Below the pieces are notes generated by a model that was given only the letters and a program-made list of their open reading frames with translations, made no database searches and was not told the DNA's origin. Of a DNA stretch of 64,000 bases, positions 28,482-38,020 are shown in pieces. Position 1 is the stretch's first letter, and each line of letters begins with the position of its first letter. This DNA comes from Lentisphaerota bacterium (GTDB lineage Bacteria > Verrucomicrobiota > Kiritimatiellia > UBA8416 > VGWI01): the NCBI GenBank assembly GCA_016873655.1, contig VGWI01000001.1, forward strand, positions 71,983 through 135,982, in the 5' to 3' direction. Position numbers and translations under genes: made by a program.

Positions 28482-29485
28482 AGATTCTTGTGGCGAAGAT
28501 GAGTTCTCTTGGAGACCTGTTCCATCCCCTGCCTGCCGTTCATTGTCTGAAGATGGGGCTGCGCGCTGACATTCACTGGGTTGCGAATGAAGAATACGCC
28601 GAGCTGGTCTCGACGTTTACCGACGTTGACAGGGTGATTGCCTTCCCTCGCCGGCATTTCATGTCCGGCGCCGCGCGTTTTCTGGGAGAACTGCGTCGCG
28701 AGCGTTACGACATGCTGGTGGATTTTCAGGGGCTGCTCAAGAGCGCGATGGTGTTGCGGGCCGCCCGTGGCGGGCTGCGGATTGGTCCGTCATTCAGCAG
28801 GGAGGGTGCGCGCTTCCTCTATGACAAGGTCGCAGGCCGCGTCAACAAGGAACGGCATGCAGTGGAAGAGAACATGGACGTTGTGAGGATGCTCGGGCTT
28901 CCGCTCCTGGATGCGTGCTTTCCCATAGCGCTTCCGCCTCCGGTTCTGAGCGATGCGGCGCCACGTGTCGGGTTGGTTGTCGCATCGAGATGGCCTACGA
29001 AGAACTGGCCGGAGGAGTATTTCGGCGCTGTGGCTGCCGGTCTCAAGAAGCTCTGCGGGGCCACGGTCTACGTGATTGGCGGCGCGGGCGACGCAGGCGT
29101 CGCCGCGCGCGTGATTGAGGCGGCCCGAGTGCCGGTTGTCGACTTGACGGGGCGTTTGACGCTTGTGCAGATGGCCGGGGTTCTCGCCGAGCTGGACCTG
29201 TTGATCGCGAACGACAGCGGCCCCGTGCATGCCGCGGCGGCAGTCGGGACCCAGGCGCTGGTGTTATTCGGGCCGACGGATCCGATGCGCACCGGGCCGT
29301 ACGGAGACCGGCACAGGATGCTGACTTCGGGCGATGACTGCAGCCCCTGTTTCTCGCGGTCGTGCATGCGTGGGGACATCCGTTGCATGAAGAGCATAGC
29401 TCCGGACAGGGTTATCGAGGCGGCCGCCCAGATGATTTCAGCGCGGCGCGACAGGCCCGTGGAGGTAACTCAGAGTCCGGCGTAG
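28478..29485 (+). CDS. glycosyltransferase family 9 (ADP-heptose:LPS heptosyltransferase-like)
   Basis: MKILVAKMSSLGDLFHPLPAV N-terminus and the C-terminal GT-B motif LLIANDSGPVHAAAAVG. ATG overlaps the uvrC stop (ATGA). Confidence 0.75.
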   Translation: MKILVAKMSSLGDLFHPLPAVHCLKMGLRADIHWVANEEYAELVSTFTDVDRVIAFPRRHFMSGAARFLGELRRERYDMLVDFQGLLKSAMVLRAARGGLRIGPSFSREGARFLYDKVAGRVNKERHAVEENMDVVRMLGLPLLDACFPIALPPPVLSDAAPRVGLVVASRWPTKNWPEEYFGAVAAGLKKLCGATVYVIGGAGDAGVAARVIEAARVPVVDLTGRLTLVQMAGVLAELDLLIANDSGPVHAAAAVGTQALVLFGPTDPMRTGPYGDRHRMLTSGDDCSPCFSRSCMRGDIRCMKSIAPDRVIEAAAQMISARRDRPVEVTQSPA

Positions 29486-30399
29486 GCGCGGATGCCCATT
29501 GCTATGCCTTCGGCCGCTTTGCCGCGGTACTGCCTGGTGATGATCTTTGCCTCCTCGCCCGGATTCGAGAGAAAAGCGCATTCCACCAGCACGGCCGGGC
29601 AAGGGGCGGACGTCAGCACGGCAAACCGCGCGCGTCTCACGCCGCGGTCGTCGGCGGATGTCGCACGCAGCATTTCCTTCTGGATGGCATGGGCAAGAAC
29701 AACATTCCCGGAGTCGAATGCGTTGCCGGCCACAGGCGTTGCCGACGGCGCTCCGCCTGCGGTGGAGTTGTAACCGGCCGACGCGCAGATATACGTCTCA
29801 ACACCGGCCGCTGTCCGGTTTTGTGCGGAGTTCATGTGGATGGAGACGAAGATATCGGCGTTTGCCTGCGCCGCGAGCGCGGTGCGGGCGGCGAGGGGGG
29901 TATCCCTGTCTCTTTCCCGTGTGAGCCTGACATCCAGCGGCAGTCCTCTCAGATGCGACGAGACCCGTTTTGCTATGTCAAGGGTGGCTTTCTTTTCGAA
30001 CACCTTGCGGGGGCTGATCGCGCCCGTATCGCTCCCCCCGTGTCCCGGGTCCAGAACAACAACCCATTTGCGGCCACGCGGCCGGCGGGCTGGAGGTGAA
30101 AGCAGAGGATCCAGTGTTCCTGAAACATCTCCCTGGGGAAGAATGAAGACCCCGCTTGACGCGCGGACCGGTTCGTTCAGCCAGACTGACACGCCGTTGA
30201 TGGAGACGAGTCTGCTGCCATCCTCCACGGAGAGCGAACCGCGGGCGCCGGCGGACGAGGCGGTCTTTCCGTTGATGGCGGGCGGCGGCAAGCCGTAACC
30301 TGCGCAGATGTCCGGCAGCCGGTACGATCGAGTGGCGGCCGAAGCATGCATGCAGCACATCAGTCCCGCCGCGGCCAGATGAATGATTCGCATGGCCAT
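29470..30399 (-). CDS. N-acetylmuramoyl-L-alanine amidase (Amidase_3) with signal peptide
   Basis: Signal peptide MAMRIIHLAAAGLMCCMHASAA. Zn-binding catalytic motifs VVLDPGHGG...D and IFVSIHMNS. Confidence 0.8.
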   Translation of the reverse strand: MAMRIIHLAAAGLMCCMHASAATRSYRLPDICAGYGLPPPAINGKTASSAGARGSLSVEDGSRLVSINGVSVWLNEPVRASSGVFILPQGDVSGTLDPLLSPPARRPRGRKWVVVLDPGHGGSDTGAISPRKVFEKKATLDIAKRVSSHLRGLPLDVRLTRERDRDTPLAARTALAAQANADIFVSIHMNSAQNRTAAGVETYICASAGYNSTAGGAPSATPVAGNAFDSGNVVLAHAIQKEMLRATSADDRGVRRARFAVLTSAPCPAVLVECAFLSNPGEEAKIITRQYRGKAAEGIAMGIRAYAGL

Positions 30400-30509
30400 G
30401 CTGTACCAGACAGCGTGCGGGTCTTCAACACTTGACGCCGGAGCCGCCCGGCCGCTAAATACGAGCGCGTCTTGACCGTTTTGAGGAAACGCGGCGGAAG
30501 GCTGGAAAG

Positions 30510-31898
30510 ATGGCCGAAGTTACTCTGGACAACGTTCCTGAACGCGTCCGTGACTACTACAGGAAAGGCGTGGCGGCCCTGCAGAAGGGCAATCTTGACT
30601 ACGCCATCGACATGATGAGCTCCTGCCTGGAGCTAGAACCCCGTTTTCTTGACGCCAGAAAGGCCCTGCGGGACGCGGAAATACAGAAGCTTCTGCGCGG
30701 CAAGGTGACGCCGCTCACCCATGCGATGTCCACAGCGACCGGCATTTCGCAGTACCTGCAGGGCATGGCGCTCCTCAAGTCAGGCAAGGGACTCCAAGCG
30801 CTTGCCGTGGCCGAAAAGCTTCTGAAGCGTGATGCGCTCAACATGAAGTTCGTTATGTTCTTTGCCGAGGCGGCACAGGCGCTCTCGATGTCCGAAGCCG
30901 CCATACATACTCTTGAAAAGGCGCACGACGCCAGTCCTGACGACCTTGCTGTTATCAAGGCCCTTGCGCGCCTGTACCTCGATGTCGGCCGCATGCGTGA
31001 GTCCAGGTATTGTTACGAGCGTCTCTGCGAAAAGCTTCCGGATGATTTCCAACTGAGGAAGGCGCTCAAGGACGTAACCGCTCTGGCGAGTATGCGGCAG
31101 GGCGGGTGGGAGGCGGCTGCCGACGGCGGGTCCTATCGTGACATGATGAAGAACACCGAAGAGGCTGCCCTGCTGGAAAAGGAATCGAAGGCAGTGAGGA
31201 CGGACCGGGACACCGACGCCTTGATTCGTGACATGCGCACGAGGATTGAGCGGGAGCCGATGAACGTGAACTACTACCGGGCTCTTTCGCGTCTGCACAT
31301 CCAGACCAGGCAATTTGATGAAGCTGTGTCGGTTCTTCGCAAGGCGGCTGAGATTGCGGCGGGCGACCCGGAAGTGCACGCGGCTCTCAGTTCGGCGATT
31401 CTGCAGAAGATGGACCATGAGATCAGCGAGTTGAGGGAGGCGGGGCGCGAGGAAGATGCGGAGACCATGGAAGCAGAGCGCACGAGATTTATTCACGACG
31501 ACCTCCAGGAGCGTGTCCGGCGGTACCCGAACGACCTGGGTGTGCGGTTCGAGTGGGGGATGCTGCTGCTTGAGCGCGGGAACACCAACGAAGCCATCCA
31601 GCAGTTCCAGATGTCGCAGCGGAGTCCGAAGTTCAGAACCCGGTCTCTGCTCCAGATGGCGCTATGTTTCAAGCAGAAGAGCCAGTACGACATGGCGCTC
31701 GAGCAGCTCAAGACCGCGGATTCCGAACTGCCCGTGATGGACGGTGTCAAGAAGGACATCGTATACGAGATAGCCCGACTTCTGGAACTGACCGGCGATT
31801 CGAAGCAGGCGGTGTTTTACTACAAGCAGATATATGCAGTCGACATCGCCTATCGGGATGTAGCCGCCAAGGTTGAGCAAACCTACAGGGGCAGTTGA
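30510..31898 (+). CDS. tetratricopeptide-repeat protein
   Basis: Multiple 34-residue repeats with the A/L/Y spacing pattern throughout 462 aa. No catalytic motif. Confidence 0.65.
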   Translation: MAEVTLDNVPERVRDYYRKGVAALQKGNLDYAIDMMSSCLELEPRFLDARKALRDAEIQKLLRGKVTPLTHAMSTATGISQYLQGMALLKSGKGLQALAVAEKLLKRDALNMKFVMFFAEAAQALSMSEAAIHTLEKAHDASPDDLAVIKALARLYLDVGRMRESRYCYERLCEKLPDDFQLRKALKDVTALASMRQGGWEAAADGGSYRDMMKNTEEAALLEKESKAVRTDRDTDALIRDMRTRIEREPMNVNYYRALSRLHIQTRQFDEAVSVLRKAAEIAAGDPEVHAALSSAILQKMDHEISELREAGREEDAETMEAERTRFIHDDLQERVRRYPNDLGVRFEWGMLLLERGNTNEAIQQFQMSQRSPKFRTRSLLQMALCFKQKSQYDMALEQLKTADSELPVMDGVKKDIVYEIARLLELTGDSKQAVFYYKQIYAVDIAYRDVAAKVEQTYRGS

Positions 31899-31902
31899 GG
31901 GG

Positions 31903-32709
31903 CTACTCCTGATCCTGGGCCGGCGTTGCCGCCGGCGGGTGCGGCCAGATTCCTTTCAGAGCGTCTTCAACGATCTTCTTCGTGTCCCTGGGGAAATCGC
32001 TGCGAAGGATCCATTTCACGAAACCTGAGTCCTTCTCCACCAGTTCGCGCAGAGGGGTGCCTTTTGCCCGGCCGAAGTTGAGGGTCACCTGGTTGTTCGT
32101 CCACCGCAGGCGGCCTGTCCGGTCCACCCATGAAGGGTCCCTAGGGTTGCAGTATTCATGGAGCTCATCCATATCCGTCGGGAGGTCCCCGTAACGTGCA
32201 AACTGTCCTTCCAGAACGCGGATGGTTGCCTCCACATCGGCCAGTGCTCCATGGGCGTCGAGGTGCAGTTCTCCGCAGTAGTAAGAGAGAGCCGCCGACA
32301 GATCGCGCGGCACTCTCCTGTGGAAGATTCGCTGAACATCAATCGTGCGGCGCGCGTCCGGGTCGAAATCAATGCCGCAGCGGGCAAACTCCTCGACGAG
32401 CATCGGCACATCGAAACGGAGGAGGTTGTAGCCGGCGAGATCCGCGTTGTTGAGGAGGGAGAAAACTCCCCGTGCTACGGCCGAGAAGGGCGGGGAGTCA
32501 GCAACGTCCGAATCGCCGATGCCGTGGATGGCTGTTGCTTCAGGGGGTATCGCCATCTGCGGGTTGACGCGGAACTCGTGAGTGGCCCTCGACTTATCCG
32601 GCAGTATGCGGACGATGGCAATGTCTATGATCCTGTCCGCCTTGGGGCTTATGCCGGTTGCTTCGATATCGAGGCACGCGAGCGGGCGGTCGAGTTTGAC
32701 GGGCAGCAT
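31903..32709 (-). CDS. 3'-5' exonuclease, DnaQ/DEDDh family (epsilon-like)
   Basis: Exo I LDIEATG, Exo II (YNLLRFDVPML) and Exo III (HGALADVEAT) motifs. Start refined to the ATG at 32709 after GGAG. The ORF track's start is a TTG. Confidence 0.75.
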   Translation of the reverse strand: MLPVKLDRPLACLDIEATGISPKADRIIDIAIVRILPDKSRATHEFRVNPQMAIPPEATAIHGIGDSDVADSPPFSAVARGVFSLLNNADLAGYNLLRFDVPMLVEEFARCGIDFDPDARRTIDVQRIFHRRVPRDLSAALSYYCGELHLDAHGALADVEATIRVLEGQFARYGDLPTDMDELHEYCNPRDPSWVDRTGRLRWTNNQVTLNFGRAKGTPLRELVEKDSGFVKWILRSDFPRDTKKIVEDALKGIWPHPPAATPAQDQE

Positions 32710-32964
32710 TTCCGGACTCCTGCAGCGCCGTGGCGCGGCCAACGGCTTCGTCGGGCGACGTTATGCCACGGGCGCAGGTGATGCAACCGCAAAAGCGGAG
32801 CAGATCCGCGCTCCGGCCTCGGGACTTACTGTTTGACACATCGAGCGCGTGTCTGCAAGACTGGCCGCGCCTGTTGTACCCGTACTTGGCGGCCGGCGCG
32901 GCGCATGGCTGGCCGGTCTATTTCTGCCGGGCGGGCAGGCGGGCTAAGATCGGAGATCGCGTAG

Positions 32965-33117
32965 ATGAGCCAGCATACAAGTCTCAAGGCGGCCAGTCGT
33001 ATTGCCGCCAAACGGAATGTCCTCAAGCGGTTTGAGCGCATAGACATACTGAAACGGCGCGGGCAGTGGAAGCCGGGCGACAAGGCTCTCGGACTGAGGA
33101 AGACCAAGGCGGATTGA
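32965..33117 (+). CDS. small basic protein (about 50 aa), absent from the ORF track because it is under 60 aa
   Basis: ATG at 32965 after GGAG. Encodes MSQHTSLKAASRIAAKRNVLKRFERIDILKRRGQWKPGDKALGLRKTKAD, a Lys/Arg-rich protein resembling the conserved 'small basic protein' family. Lies in an otherwise 460-bp gap. Confidence 0.5.
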   Translation: MSQHTSLKAASRIAAKRNVLKRFERIDILKRRGQWKPGDKALGLRKTKAD

Positions 33118-33203
33118 CCGGAGATCCGCAAGTGTGTGGAACGCTTGAATCTGGCGGCGATAGGGACAACCGGCGTGCTGGTCCTGTCCGGAATGTTGCA
33201 CGG

Positions 33204-33626
33204 ATGTCCGCACGGGCCATCGCTTGCGGCCTGATCCTTTGTGCGTCGGTGGAGTCGGCTTCAGCCGCGTCCGATGTCGCCGTGGAGGGTCAGACCCCCG
33301 TTCGTCAGGTGCAGCCCCTGGACGGCCTTCAAGGGCGGGCTTTGAAACCGGGCATTCCTCAGGGCCGATCCGTTCGGATCGCCGGCATTGTTCAGCCCGC
33401 GTCGTTCTCTTTCCGAAGGCCCAGTCGGTATTTCCTTCGTGTTGATCTGCCGGGCAACAAGTCCTACACGGTTCGCTATCTTGTTGCCGACCGACAGGTG
33501 CTCTTCGGGATGATGGGCCGGTACGTAAGAGTTGAAGGCCGCGAGTACTGGCTGGATGGCAATGAGATACCGGTGCTGGTTGCTGACCGGGTCATCGACG
33601 AGCCGGCGCCTGACGGCGACAGGTAG
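33204..33626 (+). CDS. hypothetical secreted protein
   Basis: Signal-peptide-like MSARAIACGLILCASVESASAAS, then about 115 aa with no recognised motif. The ORF track's ORF starts earlier, at 33066. Confidence 0.4.
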   Translation: MSARAIACGLILCASVESASAASDVAVEGQTPVRQVQPLDGLQGRALKPGIPQGRSVRIAGIVQPASFSFRRPSRYFLRVDLPGNKSYTVRYLVADRQVLFGMMGRYVRVEGREYWLDGNEIPVLVADRVIDEPAPDGDR

Positions 33627-33688
33627 TCTTCGAACGAGCGCCCGTGCAGTTGCGGCGGCTTGGAACAACAGGCAGGGGGATAGAGGCG

Positions 33689-34786
33689 ATGCAGGTGCCA
33701 TCCTGGCTTGTCGGACACAGTATTGCGGGCAACGCTGTGTGGCGGTGGCTGTTGTTTCTTGCTCTGATTCTGATTGCGGCAGCCATCGGCCAAATCGTCA
33801 AGATCGTTGCTGAACGCGTTGCCGACCGCCGGTTTGGCGGCAAGGATGCCTGGGGCGGGGTTCTGCTGCGTGCTGTATCCAGGACGTGGGTTCTGGTGTC
33901 GACAGCGATAGGATTCCATGCCGCCCGCGCCGTGCTTGTGCTGGATGCGGTGCCTTCCTCAATGGCCGACTCCATCGGGGCGATACTGAACGCAGCTGCC
34001 GCGGGCTACGCATTCTATTGCCTGTGTGACCTGTCAGATTTCTTCCTCATGCGTCTTGCCAGCAGGACCGAGAGCAAGGTTGACGATGTCCTGGTGCCGC
34101 TTGTCGGGCGCAGTGTAAGGATCATAATCGGGATGATCGTGATTCTGAACGTAGTCCAGGAAGTGAGCGGAAAGAACATCACGACCATCCTGGCCAGCCT
34201 GGGAGTGGGCGGGCTCGCGGTGGCGCTTGCCGGGCAGGACACGATAAAGAACTTTTTCGGGTCGTTGGTGATACTTGGAGACAGGCCGTTCGAGGTGGGC
34301 GACAGGATAGTTGTTGACGGGCATGATGGACCGGTGGAGGCGGTTGGATTCCGTTCCACGAAGATCCGCACTCTTGAAGGGGCGTTGGTAACCGTGCCGA
34401 ACGCCGAGATGGTGAGTCGGTCCGTATGCAATATGGGGAAGCGGGAGTACATACGACGCACCATGACGATCACCATCACCTATGACACTTCTCCGGCCAA
34501 GGTGCGGAGGGCGCTGGACATTCTCAGGGACATCCTGAAAGACCACGAAGGGATGAAGGAGGACAGGCCGCCAAGGGTGTTCTTTGGCGATTTTGGCGAT
34601 TGGGCGCTGAAGCTGAACGTGATCTACTGGTATCATCCCGCCGACTACTTTCTCTACATGGCCTTCTCGGAAGGAGTCAATTTCAGGGTACTTGAGAGAT
34701 TCAACGAGGAAGGGATATCCTTTGCCTTCCCGTCGCAGACAGTCTACATGTCAGGCGCAGCAGTGGATGAGATGTCGGCCGGTTGA
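33689..34786 (+). CDS. mechanosensitive ion channel, MscS family
   Basis: TM3-pore region LASLGVGGLAVALAGQDTIKNFFGSLVIL followed by the MscS beta-domain DRPFEVGDRIVVDGHDGPVEAVGFRSTKIRTLEG. ATG at 33689 after AGGGGGA. Confidence 0.8.
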   Translation: MQVPSWLVGHSIAGNAVWRWLLFLALILIAAAIGQIVKIVAERVADRRFGGKDAWGGVLLRAVSRTWVLVSTAIGFHAARAVLVLDAVPSSMADSIGAILNAAAAGYAFYCLCDLSDFFLMRLASRTESKVDDVLVPLVGRSVRIIIGMIVILNVVQEVSGKNITTILASLGVGGLAVALAGQDTIKNFFGSLVILGDRPFEVGDRIVVDGHDGPVEAVGFRSTKIRTLEGALVTVPNAEMVSRSVCNMGKREYIRRTMTITITYDTSPAKVRRALDILRDILKDHEGMKEDRPPRVFFGDFGDWALKLNVIYWYHPADYFLYMAFSEGVNFRVLERFNEEGISFAFPSQTVYMSGAAVDEMSAG

Positions 34787-34813
34787 AGCGGCCCCTCAAG
34801 AAGGAGTTGCCAG

Positions 34814-35572
34814 ATGCCTCTTGGCGGATTGGACCTCAGGCGACTGGATCCGGAGTGTGCGCTGTCCCTGCGCAGCATGGCCGGCAAGATTGCTCACGAC
34901 ATGAACAACATGCTTGTTCCCCTTGCCGCATACCCCGAGTTGCTGCGGTGTTTTGTCGAGGGGCAGGACGAAGCGACTGGTTACATAGACAGCATGGAGA
35001 AGGCTCTGGACGGCATCACTTGCTTCATGCGAAGGCTGCTTGCGCTGTCCGGACGAGACCGCGGAGAGCGTGTCGTTCATGACATGAACGATATGGCTGT
35101 TGCGGCTGCGTCTGTGGTTTCCGAAGTGTGCCCGGGCATTGCGGTGGAATGCTCCCGTGGTGGTGAGACCGCCGCGATACTATGCGATATTGAGTCGCTG
35201 GACATGGCCGTTCGCGAGATATGCTCCAATGCTTTTGAGGCCATGCCGTCAGGCGGCAAGCTGCGGATATCGACCGGGCTCAAGTCGGAGAGCGGCGGAC
35301 GAACGAGCACCTGCGGGCTGCTGGTCCCTGCCGGAGAGTACGCGTGGCTTCGTGTGCAGGACTCAGGCCACGGAATGAGTGAAGGGGAAATGTCATCGCT
35401 CTTCTGCCCTCTTGAGTCCGCGAAGCACCGTGGCGGGCGGCGCGGCGCCGGCATGGGGTTGAGTCTTGTGTGGGTCACCGTAAGGGACCATGGGGGGCAC
35501 ATAGATGTCTCATCCGGCAAGGAAGGCACGACCGTTTCAGTGAGTCTGCCAACAATGCGGGAGGGCGTGTGA
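34814..35572 (+). CDS. cytoplasmic sensor histidine kinase (HisKA + HATPase_c)
   Basis: H-box IAHDMNNML. N, G1 (DSGHGM) and G2 (GMGLSLV) boxes. No TM segments. AAGGAG RBS. Confidence 0.75.
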   Translation: MPLGGLDLRRLDPECALSLRSMAGKIAHDMNNMLVPLAAYPELLRCFVEGQDEATGYIDSMEKALDGITCFMRRLLALSGRDRGERVVHDMNDMAVAAASVVSEVCPGIAVECSRGGETAAILCDIESLDMAVREICSNAFEAMPSGGKLRISTGLKSESGGRTSTCGLLVPAGEYAWLRVQDSGHGMSEGEMSSLFCPLESAKHRGGRRGAGMGLSLVWVTVRDHGGHIDVSSGKEGTTVSVSLPTMREGV

Positions 35573-35628
35573 CGGATGCGATTGAGTGTGTTGCGGTCGC
35601 GCGGCAACCGTGCAGGCGCGACAGAATA

Positions 35629-36003
35629 ATGATAGTGGATGACGAACGCGCCATCCGGCGTTTATTCAGCCTTATCCTCACCTCTGAACTCCCGGGACAC
35701 GAAATTGACATTGCAGAGGACGGCGGCCAGGCCGTTGAACTCTTCAGGCAGCGGCACCAGGGGCTTCTCCTTATGGATCTGCGAATGCCCGGGATGGATG
35801 GCAGGGCCGCATTTCTTGCGATAGAACAGGCGTGTCGGGAGTCGAACTGGGAGATGCCGTCTGTGGTTTTCTGCACCGGCTTCACTCCGCCCGAAACCGT
35901 ACGCAGGGTTGTCGAAGAAAGCTGCGATGTGCATGCCCTGCTGGCAAAGCCTGTAAGCAACGATGTCCTCCTGGATGTTGTGAAGCGGCGCCTGTCCCGC
36001 TAG
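35629..36003 (+). CDS. single-domain response regulator (CheY-like receiver)
   Basis: MIVDDE...LLLMDLRMPGMDG with the conserved Asp pocket and a downstream Lys (LAKP). Start refined to the ATG at 35629. Lies immediately downstream of the kinase. Confidence 0.75.
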   Translation: MIVDDERAIRRLFSLILTSELPGHEIDIAEDGGQAVELFRQRHQGLLLMDLRMPGMDGRAAFLAIEQACRESNWEMPSVVFCTGFTPPETVRRVVEESCDVHALLAKPVSNDVLLDVVKRRLSR

Positions 36004-36028
36004 GGAACTGCGCAGGCGGTACATAGAT

Positions 36029-36877
36029 ATGCGTGTTTTCAGCACCGTTCAATCAATGCGCGAATGGTCCGACTCATGCTTCCGCGCGGGTGAGCGCATC
36101 GGCTTCGTGCCGACGATGGGATGTCTTCACGAGGGGCATATGTCGCTTGTGCGGCTTGCTCGCGAGATGGCCGACGTGACCGTCGTAAGCATATTCGTCA
36201 ATCCGACGCAGTTTGGCCCTGGAGAGGACTTTGAACGCTATCCGCGGGTACTGGGGAGCGATCTGAGCATGTGCGAGGCAACGGGAGTGGATGCGGTGTT
36301 CACGCCCGCGGTCAGCGAGATGTACGCGGAGGACGCGTCCACAATCGTGGAAGAGGCCGCTATTTCCCGTGGCATGTGTGGCGCAAGCCGTCCGGGACAC
36401 TTCCGTGGTGTTGCGACGGTTGTGGCCAAGCTCTTTAACATCGTGAAGCCCGCCGTTGCGGTTTTTGGCCGGAAGGACGCACAACAGTTGATGGTCATTA
36501 AGCGGATGGTAAGGGATTTGAATTTTCCCGTTGAAATAGTTGCCGCGCCAATAGTCCGTGAGTCGGATGGGCTCGCGATGAGTTCCAGGAACCGATACCT
36601 GTCGGCCGATGAGCGCATGGTTGCGCTGGGCATAAACCGTGCTCTCAGGTGGGCAGAGGCCAGGTATGCGAATGGGGAAAGATCCGCGAGGAGTATCGCG
36701 GCGGGGATAGGTGAGCGGATTTCAGGAGGCGGGGTTGCGGTGCCTGAGTATGTGGAAGTCGTTGCGGCTGAAGATATGAAGCCTGTATCGGAACTTGGGC
36801 CGGGGATCATGATTGCTGTGGCCGCCCGTGTGGGAGCGACCAGGCTGATAGACAATGTGGTTCTTGGAGTAGTGTGA
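36029..36877 (+). CDS. panC: pantoate--beta-alanine ligase
   Basis: GFVPTMGCLHEGHMSLV HIGH-type motif and the FGRKDAQQL and SSRN motifs. 282 aa. Confidence 0.9.
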   Translation: MRVFSTVQSMREWSDSCFRAGERIGFVPTMGCLHEGHMSLVRLAREMADVTVVSIFVNPTQFGPGEDFERYPRVLGSDLSMCEATGVDAVFTPAVSEMYAEDASTIVEEAAISRGMCGASRPGHFRGVATVVAKLFNIVKPAVAVFGRKDAQQLMVIKRMVRDLNFPVEIVAAPIVRESDGLAMSSRNRYLSADERMVALGINRALRWAEARYANGERSARSIAAGIGERISGGGVAVPEYVEVVAAEDMKPVSELGPGIMIAVAARVGATRLIDNVVLGVV

Positions 36878-36878
36878 T

Positions 36879-37538
36879 ATGGGCGATACGGAGAGAGTTT
36901 GTCCGGCATGCGGGGCAAGAGTTCGGACGTCCGTAGCGGCACTCCGCTACGTTTGTCCGAAGTGCTCTCAACATGTTCAGCTACAATCGAGTGAGGCCGG
37001 CAGTGGCGACGAACCGCCGATGGATGTTCAGGCGCGCCGTCTCAAAGTCCGCGAAACGGTGGGGGCGAAGCCGGATGAGCCGGCGTTGAGCGTTGGCAGG
37101 GCCGGCGGGCGGTCCAAACCGATCCCGATCCGCCCGAAGCAGCGGCGTGTTTCGGGGGCCGTCTTCACCTTCTCGCACATTGCGAGCTGGGTGATATTCT
37201 TTGTGCTGGGCGGCATCATGGCTGGACTGCGCTACGGCGGGTGGTTGGATCCGGCGCGCCTCGAGATGATGAGGAGTGCGTCGTTCTACGTTGCGGCGGT
37301 GGTTCACGTGGTGGTGGTGCTGACGGTACTGCATGATTCCGTGCTGGCAGGGATAATCGGCCTGCTGCTTCCGCCGTACGCCCTGTACTACCTGTTTGCA
37401 AGGTCCGACAGGTTCTTCATCAGGGCGCTGGTCGCAGGCATTCTCATCGGCGTGGGGCAGGACGCTATGGCGACATTCAGCGCGCACTGGGTCAGGATCG
37501 TCGAGTTGGTCCATGCCTACATACGTTCCGGCGGCTGA
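36879..37538 (+). CDS. hypothetical membrane protein with N-terminal zinc ribbon
   Basis: CPACG...CPKC ribbon, a basic/Pro-rich linker, and 4 predicted TM helices. Starts 1 nt after the panC stop. Confidence 0.45.
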   Translation: MGDTERVCPACGARVRTSVAALRYVCPKCSQHVQLQSSEAGSGDEPPMDVQARRLKVRETVGAKPDEPALSVGRAGGRSKPIPIRPKQRRVSGAVFTFSHIASWVIFFVLGGIMAGLRYGGWLDPARLEMMRSASFYVAAVVHVVVVLTVLHDSVLAGIIGLLLPPYALYYLFARSDRFFIRALVAGILIGVGQDAMATFSAHWVRIVELVHAYIRSGG

Positions 37539-37541
37539 TCC

Positions 37542-37991
37542 TCACTCAGGGCGGACGCCCTGGGTCCGATCAAGACCTTCGCTCGTTCTGATCTTCTCCA
37601 TGCAGTCCGGGCAGAGCCCGTGCGAGAATGTGACAGCCGAATGGCTGGCGATATAGTCCTCCACCGCCTCCCACGCCTGGCGGCTTATGCGTACCCTGTG
37701 ACACGAAGAACACACGGTGACCAGGCTGGCGGCGAACTTTCTCTGCCGCAGGTAGGTGTTCCCGACCGTAAGGATTGCGGTTACCATGACGCCGCATGTC
37801 AAAACGGAACAGCCGAAGAAGTCCAAGCCCGACTTTTCGGTGCCGAATACAAGGTAAGGAAGATCAACCGTCCCGTTCGCCCATATGAGCAGTATCAGGA
37901 GGAGAAACGCCGCGAATTGCCAGAACGCGATGGCTGCAAAGCTCTTTGCTACGACGGGGATGCGTTCGACTACATCGGGTTCTGCGGGCAT
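37542..37991 (-). CDS. hypothetical small membrane protein with C-terminal Cys motifs
   Basis: Two TM helices followed by CSSCH and CPDC. Lies 30 nt downstream of the histidine kinase on the same strand. Confidence 0.4.
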   Translation of the reverse strand: MPAEPDVVERIPVVAKSFAAIAFWQFAAFLLLILLIWANGTVDLPYLVFGTEKSGLDFFGCSVLTCGVMVTAILTVGNTYLRQRKFAASLVTVCSSCHRVRISRQAWEAVEDYIASHSAVTFSHGLCPDCMEKIRTSEGLDRTQGVRPE

Positions 37992-38020
37992 CGTGATGCC
38001 TCCGTGTTGGGCCGTTACCG

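Noticed and set aside
32730-33035. 101-aa plus-strand ORF in the gap after the exonuclease gene
   Set aside because: It has low-complexity Arg/Ala/Pro composition and overlaps the divergent exonuclease start. The 50-aa basic-protein ORF in the other frame has a proper RBS and is preferred.
37542-37991. The CSSCH motif as evidence for a c-type cytochrome
   Set aside because: It is a single CXXCH in a small 2-TM protein with no other cytochrome features, so it is most likely a Zn or structural Cys pair. It is kept only as a low-interest observation.
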